This document shows, in pieces, positions 43,812-57,464 of a DNA stretch of 64,000 nucleotides. Within the stretch, counting starts at the first letter, position 1. Each line of letters starts with the position of its first letter. This DNA is from the human T2T-CHM13v2.0 reference genome, Homo sapiens. The stretch lies in NCBI RefSeq assembly GCF_009914755.1, contig NC_060925.1; one strand, 5' to 3'. Both the position numbers and the translations under genes were made by a program. Under the pieces are notes generated by a model. That model did no database searches. It saw only the letters and a list, made by a program, of their open reading frames with translations, and was not told where the DNA came from.

Positions 43812-45610
43812 TAAATACCTTTGCATGTTGATCCCCCTTTATATTCTTCTAGCTCAGTGTTAGTTCTGGCCACCTGATTTCTTACCTGGAATATTGCAAC
43901 TTGGACCTGATCACTTAAGTATATTCTCTACATAAGTGTCATATGTTGCTTCACAAGAATATAATAAATGAATAAATAAATACATAAATAAAACATGTCT
44001 TAATATTTTTATATTCTGTTTAAACTCCTCAATCTCCCTGTAGTCTGCAGATAGTATGTAACTTGCTTTATAGGTCTTTAGAAGGCCCTTTATATTCTGT
44101 TAATTCATTCATTTCCAGTTTTGTAATTTCCTTTATTGACTTTGAAATTCTCATCATTCCTGAAATGGCCCTGCTTGCTTTACATATTTCTCCAACAGCA
44201 GGATTTTTATCTTTCTAAAAGCTTGAAATATCACTTTTCTGTGAAATATTTTCTAAATAGCCTGATTGCCTTAGTTAAAATCGTCTTTCTGTCTCTACAA
44301 ATTTATATATAATTTTAACTCTCATATAAAATTGATTACACTGAATCAGACTTACCTATTAATATAGTTGTCCTTTACACTAGTTTCTGGGTTTATTGAC
44401 ACCTTGATAGGTGTTTGCTTTTAAATTGATGATTTCAAAAACAAGCTGAGGGTAGTAAGCTGAAGACGCAGAGAGGAAGTGCAGAGGACAAACCTGAGGG
44501 AGCTCTCTACAGTTTCATCCAGTACTCTTTACACCACATGATGAAACACAGAAAATGTGGACCATCAAACATTCCTTCATAAAATAAGCAATCTCATTTA
44601 AAAGCATAGGCATTTAAACATAGTTTATGAGAGATTGTGAAGTGAGAGTTATTAATGCAGAACCAAATTACTTTAGAGCAGGCAAAACAGTGGATGCTTA
44701 TAATGGATTCTTCCACTCATATGTCATTTGAAAAACTCATATTTTCAAGAAGAGAAGGGAAAGTGGGCTGGAGGGAAAATTAGGAATGGATTTCTCTTTT
44801 TAATCCAGAATTAATCCCATTGTATGGCTAGGATATATATTATAGCACATGGATATTGATTCATAACCCCATTTAATGTGATACGACACACATGTTTTTA
44901 AAAGCCATTTATTTTAGCTGCTTCCACAAGCTGCCTGAAATCCTATTAAGAAAGAGAGCTCTGAAGAAATATGTCTTACTTGTTGTTAAGGGCTTACAAA
45001 TACAGATATCTCAGAGTAATCCTGCCTTTACAACAAATGTTATCTGTAATGCAGTGTTATGCTAAACAGTCATAATCTTTTTTACCTTCAATTCTACAGA
45101 AGATATATTAAAAGAAATGCAGTATACCTGTGTCTGTGATACCTTTGACTAAATACAAAGTTGTGTATGAAGAGAAGAAAGATCATTATCTACAGTTATG
45201 CTCCTTCATCCAGTAAATGTTTACTTGACACTCCTGTTAAGCCTGACAGTGTTTCAGGCCCTTAGGATAAAATGGTGACTATAAAGAGACAGAATTCTTA
45301 CTCTCTCTGGGAGACAGATATTAAATAATAATGATAAAGATGCCCTAGGAGGAAAATAAGGATTCTTTGAAGGCAAAAATAGACCTAGGTGTCATAGGCC
45401 TGAAACTATTGTATTAATAATTTGACAGTTGTTTTAAGAAAAAAAATACAAAGTACAGGTACAAACAAAACCTAAGGTAAAGGAAATTAGAAGGCGTGCC
45501 AGGAAGTGAGGGATCTCAAATCTTACATTTCATCCACATCACTATCCACCACTGTTTGAGTGTTTCTTTGAGGCCCTCCATATCGGATTCAACCAACCAG
45601 ATAGAAAATA

Positions 45611-46132
45611 CAATTGGCCCTTGAAAAGCACAGGTTTGAACTGGACAGATTCACTTATACTTGGATTTTCTTCCACCTCTGCCACCCCGGAGACAGCAAG
45701 ACAAACTCAACTTCTTCCTTCTCCTCCTTAGCCTACTCAACTTGAGACATGATGAGGATGAAGACCTTTATCCTCCTTAGCCTACTCAACCTGAGACATG
45801 ATGAGGATGAAGACCTTTATCCTCCTTAGCCTACTCAACCTGAGACATGATGAGGATGAAGACCTTTATGATAAACCAATTCCACCTAATGAATAGTAAA
45901 TGTATTTTCCCTTCCTCATGATTTTATTAATAACATTTGCCAGCTTTCTTTATTGTAAGAATATCATATTTAATACATATAACATACAAAATGTGTGTTA
46001 ATTCACTGTTTATTTTATTAGTAAGCCTTTCAGACAACAATAAGATATTAGTAGTTGTGTTTTGGGGGAGATAAAAGTTGTATGCAATTTGTGACTGGGC
46101 CCCTAAGTCCTGCCTTGTTCAAGGGTCAATTG
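45611..46132. mobile_element. Tigger2a (MER28), complete, with internal triplication
   Basis: TIRs caattggcccttgaa / ttcaagggtcaattg (14/15). TA on the left flank. Body matches Tigger2a. Confidence 0.92.
45723..45869. repeat. Tandem repeat, 3 x 49 bp
   Basis: cctccttagcctactcaac(t/c)tgagacatgatgaggatgaagacctttat at 45723, 45772 and 45821; one mismatch in total. Confidence 0.98.
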
Positions 46133-46800
46133 TCTTCCGAAAATAGAGTAATAATAATATTAATAATACAATACAAATTATACAAATTTTAAAATATAGG
46201 ATAGCAACTATTTACATATTTACATTGCATTATGTATTATAAGCAATATAGAATTTATTTAAAGTATATGGGAGAATGTGTGTAGGTTATATGCAAATAC
46301 TATGCGATTTTATATTAGGAATTTGAGTGTCCACATTTTGGGATCTGTAGGGGTTGGGGAAGAGATGTACAGGAAGCAAACCCATGTGGATACCAAGGGA
46401 CAACTGTATGTAACAAAGCAACTCGAATTAGAGAGTATCACCATATGGTAACAGGGACAGTATCAGGAAAAGTATCCCTGAGAAGGTGACTTATGATCTG
46501 AAACAAAAGACATATATTATGTTTAGTAGTTAACTAGTTAGCCTGAAAGAGAGAGAAGGGTTGAACATTCCAGAACATGCAGCTCAGGCAAAGGCACTAT
46601 GATATTTGAGATCATGGTATTTTCTGATAACTAATTATTGGACAATTTGACTAGGCCAGAGAGAGTAGAGGAATGGTACTGCCCAGGGAGCTGGAATACA
46701 GACAGTGGCTGAAACATGGCATCCTAAATTATAGCATCATTTCTAACTCTTCACCCTACTCTTAATAACGTTTGTTTAAAATATAACTGGTGTAGGCATA

Positions 46801-47079
46801 AGCAGGCAAGATGGTTCATGCTTGTAATTCCAGCACTTTGGGAGGCCAAGGCAAGAGGATTTGTTGAGCCCAGGAGTTTGAGACCAGCCTGGGCAACACA
46901 GGGAGACCCTGTCTCTACAAAAAAATTTAAAAATTAGCAGGTTGTGGTGGCACCCGCCTGTATTCCCAGCTATTCAGGGGGCTGAGGTGGGAGGATCACT
47001 TAAGCCTTAGAGGTCCAAGCTGTAGTGAGCCATGTTCCCGCCACTGCACTCCAACCTGGGCAAAAAAAGAAGAAAAAAA
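46801..47079 (+). mobile_element. AluJo-like
   Basis: gaggatttgttgagcccagg, gggcaacacagggagacc, gggaggatcacttaagcc; the last ~20 nt before the tail are missing. Confidence 0.92.
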
Positions 47080-47160
47080 GCGGTTTAAGTCTCTACTTCT
47101 CTGTGTCCCTTTCTTTAATCCCCAGGTATGTAGACGTTTTGAATTGCATTTTTTCTTTTT

Positions 47161-47350
47161 ATTGAGACTGAGTTTTTTGCTCTGTCGCCCAGGCTGGAGT
47201 GCAGTGGTGCTATCTCAGCTCACTGAAATCTCTGCCTCCTGGGTTCAAGTGTTTCCCCTGCCTTAGCTCCCCTGCCTTAGCTCCCCTGCTTCCCCCACCA
47301 CCCTGGCCTTGAGTAACTGGGATTACAGGTGCCCGCCACCATGCCTGAAT
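47161..47350 (-). mobile_element. 5'-truncated Alu (right arm) with internal 14-bp tandem expansion
   Basis: TSD aattgcattttt(t)cttttt at 47142 and 47355. (cccctgccttagct) x2.5 at 47255-47290. Confidence 0.88.
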
Positions 47351-47691
47351 ATTTAATTGCATTTTTCTTTTTTATTCTTTCATTACTATTTTCATTTAAG
47401 TGATTATGTGTGTGTGTGTATGTGTGTGTGTGCACCTTTTATACAAATTTGGCTTGTACTGTTTGAAGAATATTTTATCTTGATATCAGTGGTTTTGATG
47501 CTCATATTTTCTGATCATTTTGACTTAGTAAAGTGTCATTTATTTTCATTCTGTAAATTTCAGAAAAATGAACTTCACCTTCCTTGATAGAACAAAGCAT
47601 TATGACTTATCCATTTAATTCCCTAACTACTACTGTTTGAAAAAATAGGCATAGATTTAGTCTCTCCCTATAGTAGTGAATTTAAAGTTAA

Positions 47692-48113
<422 letters not shown>

Positions 48114-49149
48114 TGAGAATTCATAGCTTCCAAACACTAAAAGGGTTTTGATGAGGTTCAATGAAACTAAACCATTCATTCATTTAATGTTAGTGAAAAG
48201 TTATACATTTTCTTTTTACTATATTATATAGAATTGAATACATATACTCTAAAAATTATTGTGTTGTATGCCAGTATTTTTTTTAAATGCTTGTAATTAT
48301 AATTTTAAGATTTCACTAAATGCAAAAGGCAACCATATTTTAGAGATGTTAAAATGTGAAAATAATATAGCATACAGTAGATGTAATAGTATACTATTGG
48401 TTTCTGGGATATAAAAAACAATGCCTTACATTTTTGATACATGCATAGCAACATCCTAGATTCAAATTGAGCCAGTAATTGTCCTCAAAGCCAGAGATTA
48501 CAATGAAGAGATTTAAAATAAACCAAAAATGCAAATTTATTTAAAACACCTTTTTAAAAAAGCTAACAAATTTTTGTACTCTATATGTATATGACTAATA
48601 ACTAAATACAGCAGAATCAACAGCAAAAACTGAAGAGGTAAAGGACGTTTGGTGGGAATGGTCAGGGAAAGTGTAAGACAGATCTTAGAAATTATATCAA
48701 ATATGCACATCCAGAAGGAGATGGCCCAACACTGAATGAAAACTGATATGAAACAAACTGAGTACAGGTAGAGTAGTAGGCAAAATAAAGATAGGATTGG
48801 GCTAGAGATGGAGATGGGGAGCAGGTTCCTAGGGAGCATGGACATGGTAAATTTAAGAAACTACCACTTATTAAAGAGAAGTTCCATCCTTTGAAAGTGG
48901 GAATAGTATCCCTTACTGTCTCTTCAGTGGTCAATCATGAACAACTCAGACAATTTCCAACCCCTGAGTAGAAGCTATCATTAGTTGTATTCTGTCCTGA
49001 GAGAATCAGAGGTGGCTTGGCCACACAGAAGCACCGTTTGCAAAGAACCTGTTCCTTATTTTAGCTACACAAAGAGCCCATTTGATTGCCAAGAGATGGC
49101 ACAAACTGCACTGTTCCTTTACTCACTTCTCAGGACTTGGCATTGCTTA

Positions 49150-50212
49150 ATAGGAAGATCCATCTTCGATATAAGTGACAAAAAAGCCTAAGGAATGTTT
49201 CAATCAAATATACTATTAATACAAGTAATATCCAGAGGAAAAAGGGGGATAACTAAGTAAAGGCAGTAAAATATCTCTGACGATGACAAATTCACCTAAG
49301 AAAAAAGTGACACAGGAAATTCATGAGCCAAATATACACCACTTTTTATTATCTTAATATTTCAATAAAAAATAAAGAAAATCAGAAAACAGGAATAAAT
49401 TCCACAAGCATACAGCAAAATATGGCCAGATAACATAAGACTGTGGCCAAATGTTGAACCTGGTAGAACTGGTTAAATTTTGAAAGAAGTAGAAGAAAAT
49501 ACAAAGTAATTGGAAAGTAAAGGCTAAGCTACAAAGAACAAAATGAAAAATAGATGCTAAAAATGTGCAAAAAAGAATGTAAACTTTATAATAAAAATTA
49601 TGATCAGAATGAATCACAAAGAGATATAAACAAATTTTTAAAGCAATAGCTAGATAAGACCTCAGAGAAGCGGCAACATATTCGTATTAAAATCCCTGCA
49701 AAAGATAACCAAAACTAAATGTTCAAAAATAAAATTCAAAAAGCACTTTATAAAATAATAGAGAATATCAGTGTACATGCTTTAAAAATAAAATACTTTG
49801 CATTCCAGGAAAAATTAACCCAGAATGAAAATATTTTAGTAAACTGGTTGGATTATAAATAAAAAGAAAAAAAAATCCTTTGGTGGTCTAAGTAAAAGAT
49901 CAATTTACTTTAAGGAGAATAACTCCACATTTTGGTTATCCTGGGCCTTTGCTGATTTATGTTTTGAGTGCCGTCCAAATTTTTTCTTATTTTTTTCTCT
50001 CAAAAGAGTTTCCCCTTGGAAATAAATTGTAAAATCACATTTCTCACAACTTCTAATGTCTGTAGAGAGTAGAAATCTAGTTCTAAGAAGTCTATTAAAT
50101 GAGCGGGCCAAGTGTTTTATATTCAGTAAAGCTCTTCTAGTGTGAAGCTTACAAACACCTCATTCTGAAGTTCCAGGAAGTCAGAGAATATATTTATTAT
50201 AATGACTTCCTG
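49150..50212 (+). mobile_element. Ancient HAL1/L1ME ORF1-like relic
   Basis: A-rich strand with ccaggaaaaattaacccagaatg...tattttagtaaactg and ttttatattcagtaaagctc, which resemble ORF1 C-terminal coding DNA. Confidence 0.45.
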
Positions 50213-50227
50213 ATTGGTTTCCAAGAT

Positions 50228-50436
50228 TATGATCAGCAACATGTGGCCTGCAAGCTAATTCAGGTCTCTTGTCTATTTTTGTAAATAGTTTTATTGGAAC
50301 ATACATTTACATATTGTCTATGGTTTCCTTTGCAATACACCACCAGAGTTAAATACTTACATCAGACATTGTATAGTTGATAAAGCCTAAAAGATTTACT
50401 ATCTAACCTTTACCAAAAAAAATTTTCCAGCTGCTA
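50228..50436 (+). mobile_element. MER58A (hAT-Charlie MITE)
   Basis: tttttgtaaatagttttattggaaca...tattgtctatgg...aaagcctaaaagatttactatctaacctttac. Confidence 0.85.
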
Positions 50437-51172
50437 CAGAATAGGACCACTATTCTACAGTATTCTATACTAATAGCTTCACACTAGCATTCGGGAATCC
50501 TTGAAGTGAGTTGAAAGTAATCTTTTAAAATATTATGTTAATCAAATAATTGTATTATTCATAATCTTGAATAATCAGAATGTTAACTACCAAGCAATAC
50601 AAAAATTATACTTTATTAGCTTGTAAGGTTGTGCACAATATAGTAATATTTTCTCTTTCTAATTTGGTATAAAGTCATTTAGTTGTATTAAAACATTGAA
50701 ATGCATATTTTACCGTAATCTGATACAATGGAAGTTTCCTTAAAGTTAAGCCTCTTTCCAAAGGTTATAAATTGGCTGAACAGCTGCTGCCAAATGATGA
50801 AAAGCAATTTTTGTTTGCACTCCCACCAATTGCGAGACCAAAAACAAAGCTTCAGAAATCAAAATCAAAATAAAGCAAAACAAAAATAAAGCTTCAGCAG
50901 CAGCAGCATTATCACCTGCTGGCTCAGGAGTAGAAAATAGGTTTTAGTAAATATCTCCCATCTAAGCTACTTTATGCTAGGACCAGCCTGCTGAATCAGC
51001 TTCAAGAATACATGTTTTATATAACCCTTAAGTTTTATGTTTCAGCAATAGTGTATGAATAGTAACTTAACTTTCCAAAATAAATATCTTGAGCATATCA
51101 AAGTGCTACATTTTATTATTATTTTTCTTTTTGTGTTTATGATATAACTACATAAAACCAAGGTAGCACCTC

Positions 51173-51535
51173 TGTATTAGTCTGTTCTCATACTGCTAAT
51201 AAATGCATACCTGAGATTGGGTAATTTATAAAGTAAAGAGGTTTAATGGATTTACAGTTCCACATGGCTGGAGAAGCCTCACAATCATGGTGGAAGGTGA
51301 AGAAGAATCAAAGGAATGTCTTACATGGTGGCAGGCAAGAGAGCATGTGCAGGAATACTCTTCTTTATAAAACCATCAGAGCTCATGAAACTTATTCACT
51401 ATCATGAGAACGGCATGGGAAAAAATCTGTCCTTATGATTCAATTACCTCACAACAGGTTCCTCCCACAACGTGGAGATTATGGAAGCTAAAATTCAAGA
51501 TGAGATTTGGGTAGGAACACAGCCAAATCATATCA
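51173..51535 (-). mobile_element. THE1C-like MaLR solo LTR
   Basis: Intact termini tgtattagtc...catatca. Perfect 5-bp TSD acctc at 51168-51172 and 51536-51540. Confidence 0.95.
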
Positions 51536-54500
51536 ACCTCCTATTCAAAACTGAGTCACCATTTTAAAGTGGTCTTCTACATTTGATTGTAATACAAGGA
51601 ACACAGAAAGTGTCAGTATCATGCCTTGGAATAACAAACTTTGAGCTATCAGATGAGAGGCAAAGAGAACCAAAGTTTTTAATTTAAAAGATAATTTTAA
51701 ACTTCTTCAAAAAATTAGAATTTCTAGATAAAATCTAGAAAAATTCATTTTCCCTAATTCCCATCAATATGAGCTTCATTGTTTCTTTATGGTGGCCTTT
51801 GTTTTTAATAAACATATATGTGGCTACTTGTATCATGGAATTATTACTCAACTTGTAAGTGTTTTATATATAAAAAATTAAGAGTATATTTCTATTAGTT
51901 TTTGAGTTTATCTTACAAACAAATTATACTATTCTGTTTGGAAATGTAAACCTTAAATAATTATTTAAGCTAATTAAATTTTGTTATATATTAAACTACA
52001 TTAAATAGTTAAGGACATATATTGTTTGTCTAAAAATTAAATTTTCCAAAATATGACTTCTCTAAATTGGATATATTAAATTATAAATATGAAAAATATT
52101 TTTCTTTAAATTTTCGATATTGTTTCATACATAAGTTAGAAATTAAAAAGGTAAATTAAAGTTAAGAAACTAATCAATTAGATATTCTAACATGCCAAAT
52201 TATTTTTTTAAATCATCCTCAGTTAAAATAAATATGTAACATGAATGTCCTCCTTAGAATATTTCCATAGTTAACATCTCCTTGACAGCACAGTCCAACT
52301 CTTTTGAGTTCATGTGAAACACTTACCTAATATTTTGTGTGTAATAGCCACATTTCATAGAATGTAACTCTCTCAAGATAACATCTTAAGCCAGATCAGA
52401 AGAAATATATAATTCCATTCCCAAATCTCAATATGAGTTGCATAACAAAATAAATGTTACATACAAAATGTAACTTGTAGAAATTGGAATCATGTGCCCT
52501 GAGAAACATCTTTCAAGTATCAATAGATATCCCCTCAGCTGTCGAGCTGACAATATTAACTTACTACTAACCACAATATTAGCACTAATGACAATATTGC
52601 TAACTACAATATTAGCACTTTGATTATCAAAAAGCAATATTTTCGGTGATCAACAAAATTTTCCCCATTTTATCCTACTATGACAGTTTATTATTTATAC
52701 CTAAGTATGTCCTGTGGTTTAATCAAGTTTTAAGAAATTTTCAGGCAGCATTGGGTTAATAGGCAATACACTACAATAGGGTCTTATTAGAAATAATGGG
52801 GCATACATTCTCAGTTATTCTTTTTATGTAGGACATGGGATTTCAGGAACAGATCATTTGAGTTTCAGTGAAAGAGCCTGTGTTCATTTCTTTCATCATT
52901 TATACCTAATTACAAGCATTCTCATGGTAAAGGCATTTTTTTCATAAGAATAACATTATACTTTCCAAGATAATTGGGTTTTCTATGCTAAGCAAATTTG
53001 AATTTATTTTCACAGTTGATTGAGGTTGCTTATTAAAAAAATTTGGTCAAGGAATGAATTCTAGAGACACAAGGGTAATTATCACATTCAGCCCCTTTAA
53101 AAGGCTGTAAATGAGGTTGGCAGCACAGTCCAAGTCTCTAGAGTTCAAGTGACGTCCTTACCTAATTCCTGGGTAACTTCCTTCAAATTCATGTTCTGTA
53201 TTAACCTGAGAAAACTGTTATTGTCAATTAATAAGAAAGACATAGTACTGAAACAGTTTTATCAAATTATAGACAGATAGAAATTTGTTTAAAGTAAAAT
53301 GAGTAAGAATGGAGTATCATACAGTTACATGGAGGATCTGAACCACTTTGACAGAGAAAAGCCCTCAATTTCTAGACCATGTTTAGAGCTTTAGAAAAGG
53401 AGTTTCTAAACCCAATACTCTATATCTAGCTTACTTTGTAATTTCTTAATGAGTATACTTCTCAGCCAAGGTCTGATGTGCTACGTTTTCACACAGCCCA
53501 GTCACGCATTGCACCTATCAAAATACTGCTTTGTTTAGATTTTACCTGAACTCCACTCTTCCCCTTAACACTATGAGGTGATATCTTTGTTTGTGAAGTA
53601 GAAGACATTCTAGATTAATGCCAAGGAGTTTTAGAAGATGAAATTCTGTGATATATTTACTGATTACTTCACCACTTGATTGAGCTCAACTATATTTAAA
53701 TTTGATTATTTTCTGCATTTTTTACGTTTTTCTGAAAACACTACAGCATTTACCAATATTTAAATTACACTCAATTGAATTATTCATATTTGCTAAGTTA
53801 TTTGGTTTTAGAATAAGATATATTTATGGTCATTTTAAGAGTTCTCTGTAATGAATTTAACAAGTTATTTTAGCAAACGTCATTTAACGTATATTGAACA
53901 AATGGAAGGCACAGCTTTATATATTTCACCTACATTTAAAAGAGTGATTATTTTCAACAAATAAATTTTAATTTGTGAATACAGATGCAATCTGATGAAA
54001 AATTAAGATGAAGTTCTTTGAATAATTTTAATGTTGTTCTTTGAAATAACAAAATAATAGTAAGTTTAAGAATTAAAGAAAAGAACAGATTTAAATACAA
54101 ATTACTGTTAAATCATGGAACTTACCTATAGCAGAAAAACTGGCACACAGATATACAGCATTCTCATTAATTCATTTATTTACCGTCAGTAACTCACAGC
54201 TAAGTTTTAATTCTTAACATATATTCAGAAAAACTAGCCCTTTTTTGTCTTGCACGTTGAAAAGAACTAGTAAGATTATAGCAATAATAAATTATAATTT
54301 ATGTTCAATTTTATTTACTGTAATCACCACTTATTTAGTTTTAAAGTGACTTTTTATTAAAAAATAATATTACCAACTCATAATGATTAGAAAATCATAA
54401 ACAGAGTATGGCTTATATTGTTTTCAATAGAGAAATACTATTACTATGAAAATTACTAAAATATGAGATAAAATTGCCATTAATACCTATGTTACATAAC

Positions 54501-55704
54501 ACTGAGAGATACCTGAATGGCTGTGATTTTTATGCTGTTATGGGAATTGCAATGTCCCAAAGCCTTAATCTGTTATAGTCACAAGAGTTGACCTGGTACT
54601 GCTTCTGTCACAGGTTGACTCAAGTAGAAGTGTCTGGTCTGCCAGCTCCTTTGCTTGTTCAAATTGGAACATATCAGAGGATGAATGGTGAATTCTTCAT
54701 CCATCAAATGTGTCTCCATCCCTGTATACGAAACTGTGAGTGTGCATTTTAATGTATTCTCTACAGTGTGCTGTAAACTGCAGACATATTTTATAGCATG
54801 CTAGGAGCCTAGAAGAGAATATAGTTGCTGAAGTGAGAATTTTTTGTGGAAAATTATGCTTAGTTCTCTGTATTACCATTTCCATCAACCTTAGGGAAAG
54901 AAGTAAATTGTATTTAAGCCTCTTGAGTCATTCAGTATTAATCTTACAAAAACATGATCCTCCTAAGAGAGAAAGGAACACACAGCTTATGAAACAAAAG
55001 GCTTTGTCTCTCTTTCTTTTAAATTTATGCTCAAAGCATTTGTATTAAAAGTAGAAAAACATTAATAGGCATCATTGTAAAAATATCATGTTATGCCAAA
55101 TGCCTGAACTTTTATTCAGATTATTTTGTGGAACATGACTCATTTTTTTTCCTAAGATTTCAACTTGATTCTTCTTTCAAAATACGTCTGTACAAGACAA
55201 AGTTCTTATTCAAACACGTAGCTTTGTAAGGGTCATCATTTCCTTTTTCAGTTGAATCTCAACTATCATGCAGCTCTTCAGAGAGGGCTGTGTCTAGCAC
55301 GTTACTTTCCTAGAACAAGACAACCTTATAATATCACCACTTAACCATCAGTTAGATCTGTAACAGAGTCTGATAGGGCATTAATGGCTTTAGACATTTT
55401 ACTTAGATACTTTGTATGTACAAGAACTTTAAAAATTTTTCTAGTAGAAATTACATTAGAAAATTATAGAAGATTTTTATATCTAAACACATTTTAAAAA
55501 AATATTAAGACATGGTAAGAAAATGATATGATTGAAATTTCTATTCTTGGTTAATGTTTTGAATTGCACATGCCTAACCTGTTTCATTTAGAATTTCCAT
55601 AAAAATTATATCCTCATGCAATGTGCTTAGAATAATGCATTTAGTGTAGTTAGTGGTAACTCTGAAAAAAATGAAGATGACTAAAATTTAAAAAGGAATA
55701 ATGG

Positions 55705-55830
55705 AAGCTTCAAGGTGAATGAATGCATTTATGAGCTGGGAGGTTGTTATGACCCGACTCCATGGGAAAATAAGCTCCTGTGCTTGAGATTCTCCCAGAT
55801 TTTATTCCACATAGCTCTCCATCTGGCTAT
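55705..55830 (+). mobile_element. MER21-family LTR fragment
   Basis: gctgggagg...gactccatgggaaaataagctcctgtgcttgagattctcccaga...ccatctggct. Confidence 0.6.
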
Positions 55831-56469
55831 GTGACGGATGTCCCTATGTGACACAGTAGTGGACCTGGAAAAGAAAATATATGATATTTTAAAAATTAAG
55901 TTAAAAAGAAAATATTAAAATGTCAGTGCTATTAAGAAAAGAAGGAGATTGGCATAAAGAATTATAAATTTGTGGATCCCTGCATATGCTTTCCTACATG
56001 TATATAAACAGTTACTAACTTCTTAGAACTGCCACTGAACAATGTTTGTTTGAAGTGACATCAGCAACATGGCACATGAGAAGTTGCAGCCGTCATCTCC
56101 TTGAAGAAACACTAATGAAACAATCTCAAAATACCTGTATGTGAACTCCAGAATCCATTGTAAAAGTTACAACACTTCAGGCAAGCACCAAACCAAGAAA
56201 AATGACTTTGAAAATGCATATAAAGAACAGTTTAATTTTATTTATGTTAGTGCCTCTTTTAAGCTGACATAGCTTAGCACCTACTGAGATCCAGGCTTCG
56301 GATTTCTCTCTTGGGAGAAAGAGTGAGGGCGCATGCCTCTTATATCCCCCAGCATTTCAGGGCATTATCCACCAGTTCTACTTTTGTCTCACCTCGCTCA
56401 GAACACTGAGGCCAGCAGCATATGAAAAACACCATGGGGCAGCTAAGAATGAAGGGAGGGGTCAGGGAC

Positions 56470-57105
56470 CCTCAGCAGCCTGCACAGTGCTGCAGGATTG
56501 AGAGAAGGTGTACAACTCTGAGACTCCTACTTTAAGAAGAAGGGAGAAAACCGTAGCTTGGATTTAGCCTTTCAGCATTCTGGTACACTTTCCTAAGGAA
56601 AAGGGGAAGGGGGATGAATCTGCTTAATTGAAAGAAGGTACACAATCCTGAGAGTTCTCCTTCAGAAGGAAGAAATGTAAGTGAAGCTTGCACCTAATGT
56701 CCTGGCATTTCAGTCCCTGCCTGAAGGAAATGGGTGAGCAGCTCTCAGCAGCTGACAAAGCTCTGCAGGATGAGGGGAAGAAGACAGGCAACCCATAATC
56801 TTATCCTTCAGGAGGAAGAAAGAGAAGTAGAGCTTGTGCCCAGTGTCTCACAATTTTGGCACACTTTCACAAAGTAAATGGAGTTTTATGGTGGTTCACA
56901 TAGCTGTGCAAGATTGGAAAAAAGGCACACAACCCAGACATTTTCCTCCAGCAGCAAGGCAAAGCAATGGAATGTATATGCAGTACTCAAGCCTATCAGT
57001 GCACTGCATTTGGGTAAAGATGAGGGCAGCATGGCTCTCTGATATTGGGAAAAGGCATATGACTATGAAACTTCTCTCCCATGAGGGAGAGAGAGAGAAG
57101 TGGAA
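56470..57105 (+). repeat. Diverged tandem array of five 130-143-bp units in the L1 5' UTR
   Basis: Recurring attg...aaggYacacaa...ctcc...gaag...agcttg motif at 56497, 56627, 56770, 56913 and 57044. Confidence 0.7.
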
Positions 57106-57175
57106 CAGAAAGCTTATCTAAAGAAATAACATTCAAAACATCATAAAAATGAGTACCAAGATTATTGAAGCTTTA

Positions 57176-57464
57176 TTTTTTTTTGAAACAGGGTCTTGCT
57201 GTGTTGCCCAGGCTGGAGTACAGTCACACAGTCACAACTCATTGCAGTCTTCACCTACCAGGCTCAAGTGCTCCTCCCACCTTAGCCTTCTGAGTAGCTA
57301 GAGTCACAGGCACACACCCCAACACTTAGCTAATTTTTCTATTTTTTGTAGGATGGGATTTTACCATGTTGCCCAGGATGGCCTCAAACTCCTGGGCTCA
57401 AGTGATCTCCTGCCTCAGCCTCCCAAAGTGCTGAGATTACAGGTGTGAAGCACTGCACCTGGCC
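57176..57464 (-). mobile_element. AluJ
   Basis: Reverse Alu with J diagnostics (ggctcaagtgctcctcccacc, ctcctgggctcaagtgatc). TSD ttgaag(c/a)ttta. Confidence 0.93.

Larger units (their letters stand above)
45572..46406. mobile_element. MER2-family MITE interrupted by Tigger2a
   Basis: ggccctccatatcggattcaaccaacc...aaaata [insert] ttccgaaaa...ggttatatgcaaatacta...ggataccaagggacaactg followed by TA. Confidence 0.85.
45205..46720 (-). mobile_element. L2 3' fragment (45205-45395 and 46410-46720) hosting the MER2/Tigger2a stack
   Basis: ttcatccagtaaatgtttacttgacac...; tcaggaaaagtatccctgagaaggtgacttatgatctga. Confidence 0.55.

Noticed and set aside
45723-45869. Regular repeats as a CRISPR-like array
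   Set aside because: Head-to-tail units with no spacers, inside a Tigger2a in primate DNA, and no cas genes.
54661-54690. aaattggaac...cagag resembling U6 snRNA
   Set aside because: Only 10 nt match exactly. The U6 5' end and an intact ACAGAGA box are absent, so chance is likely.
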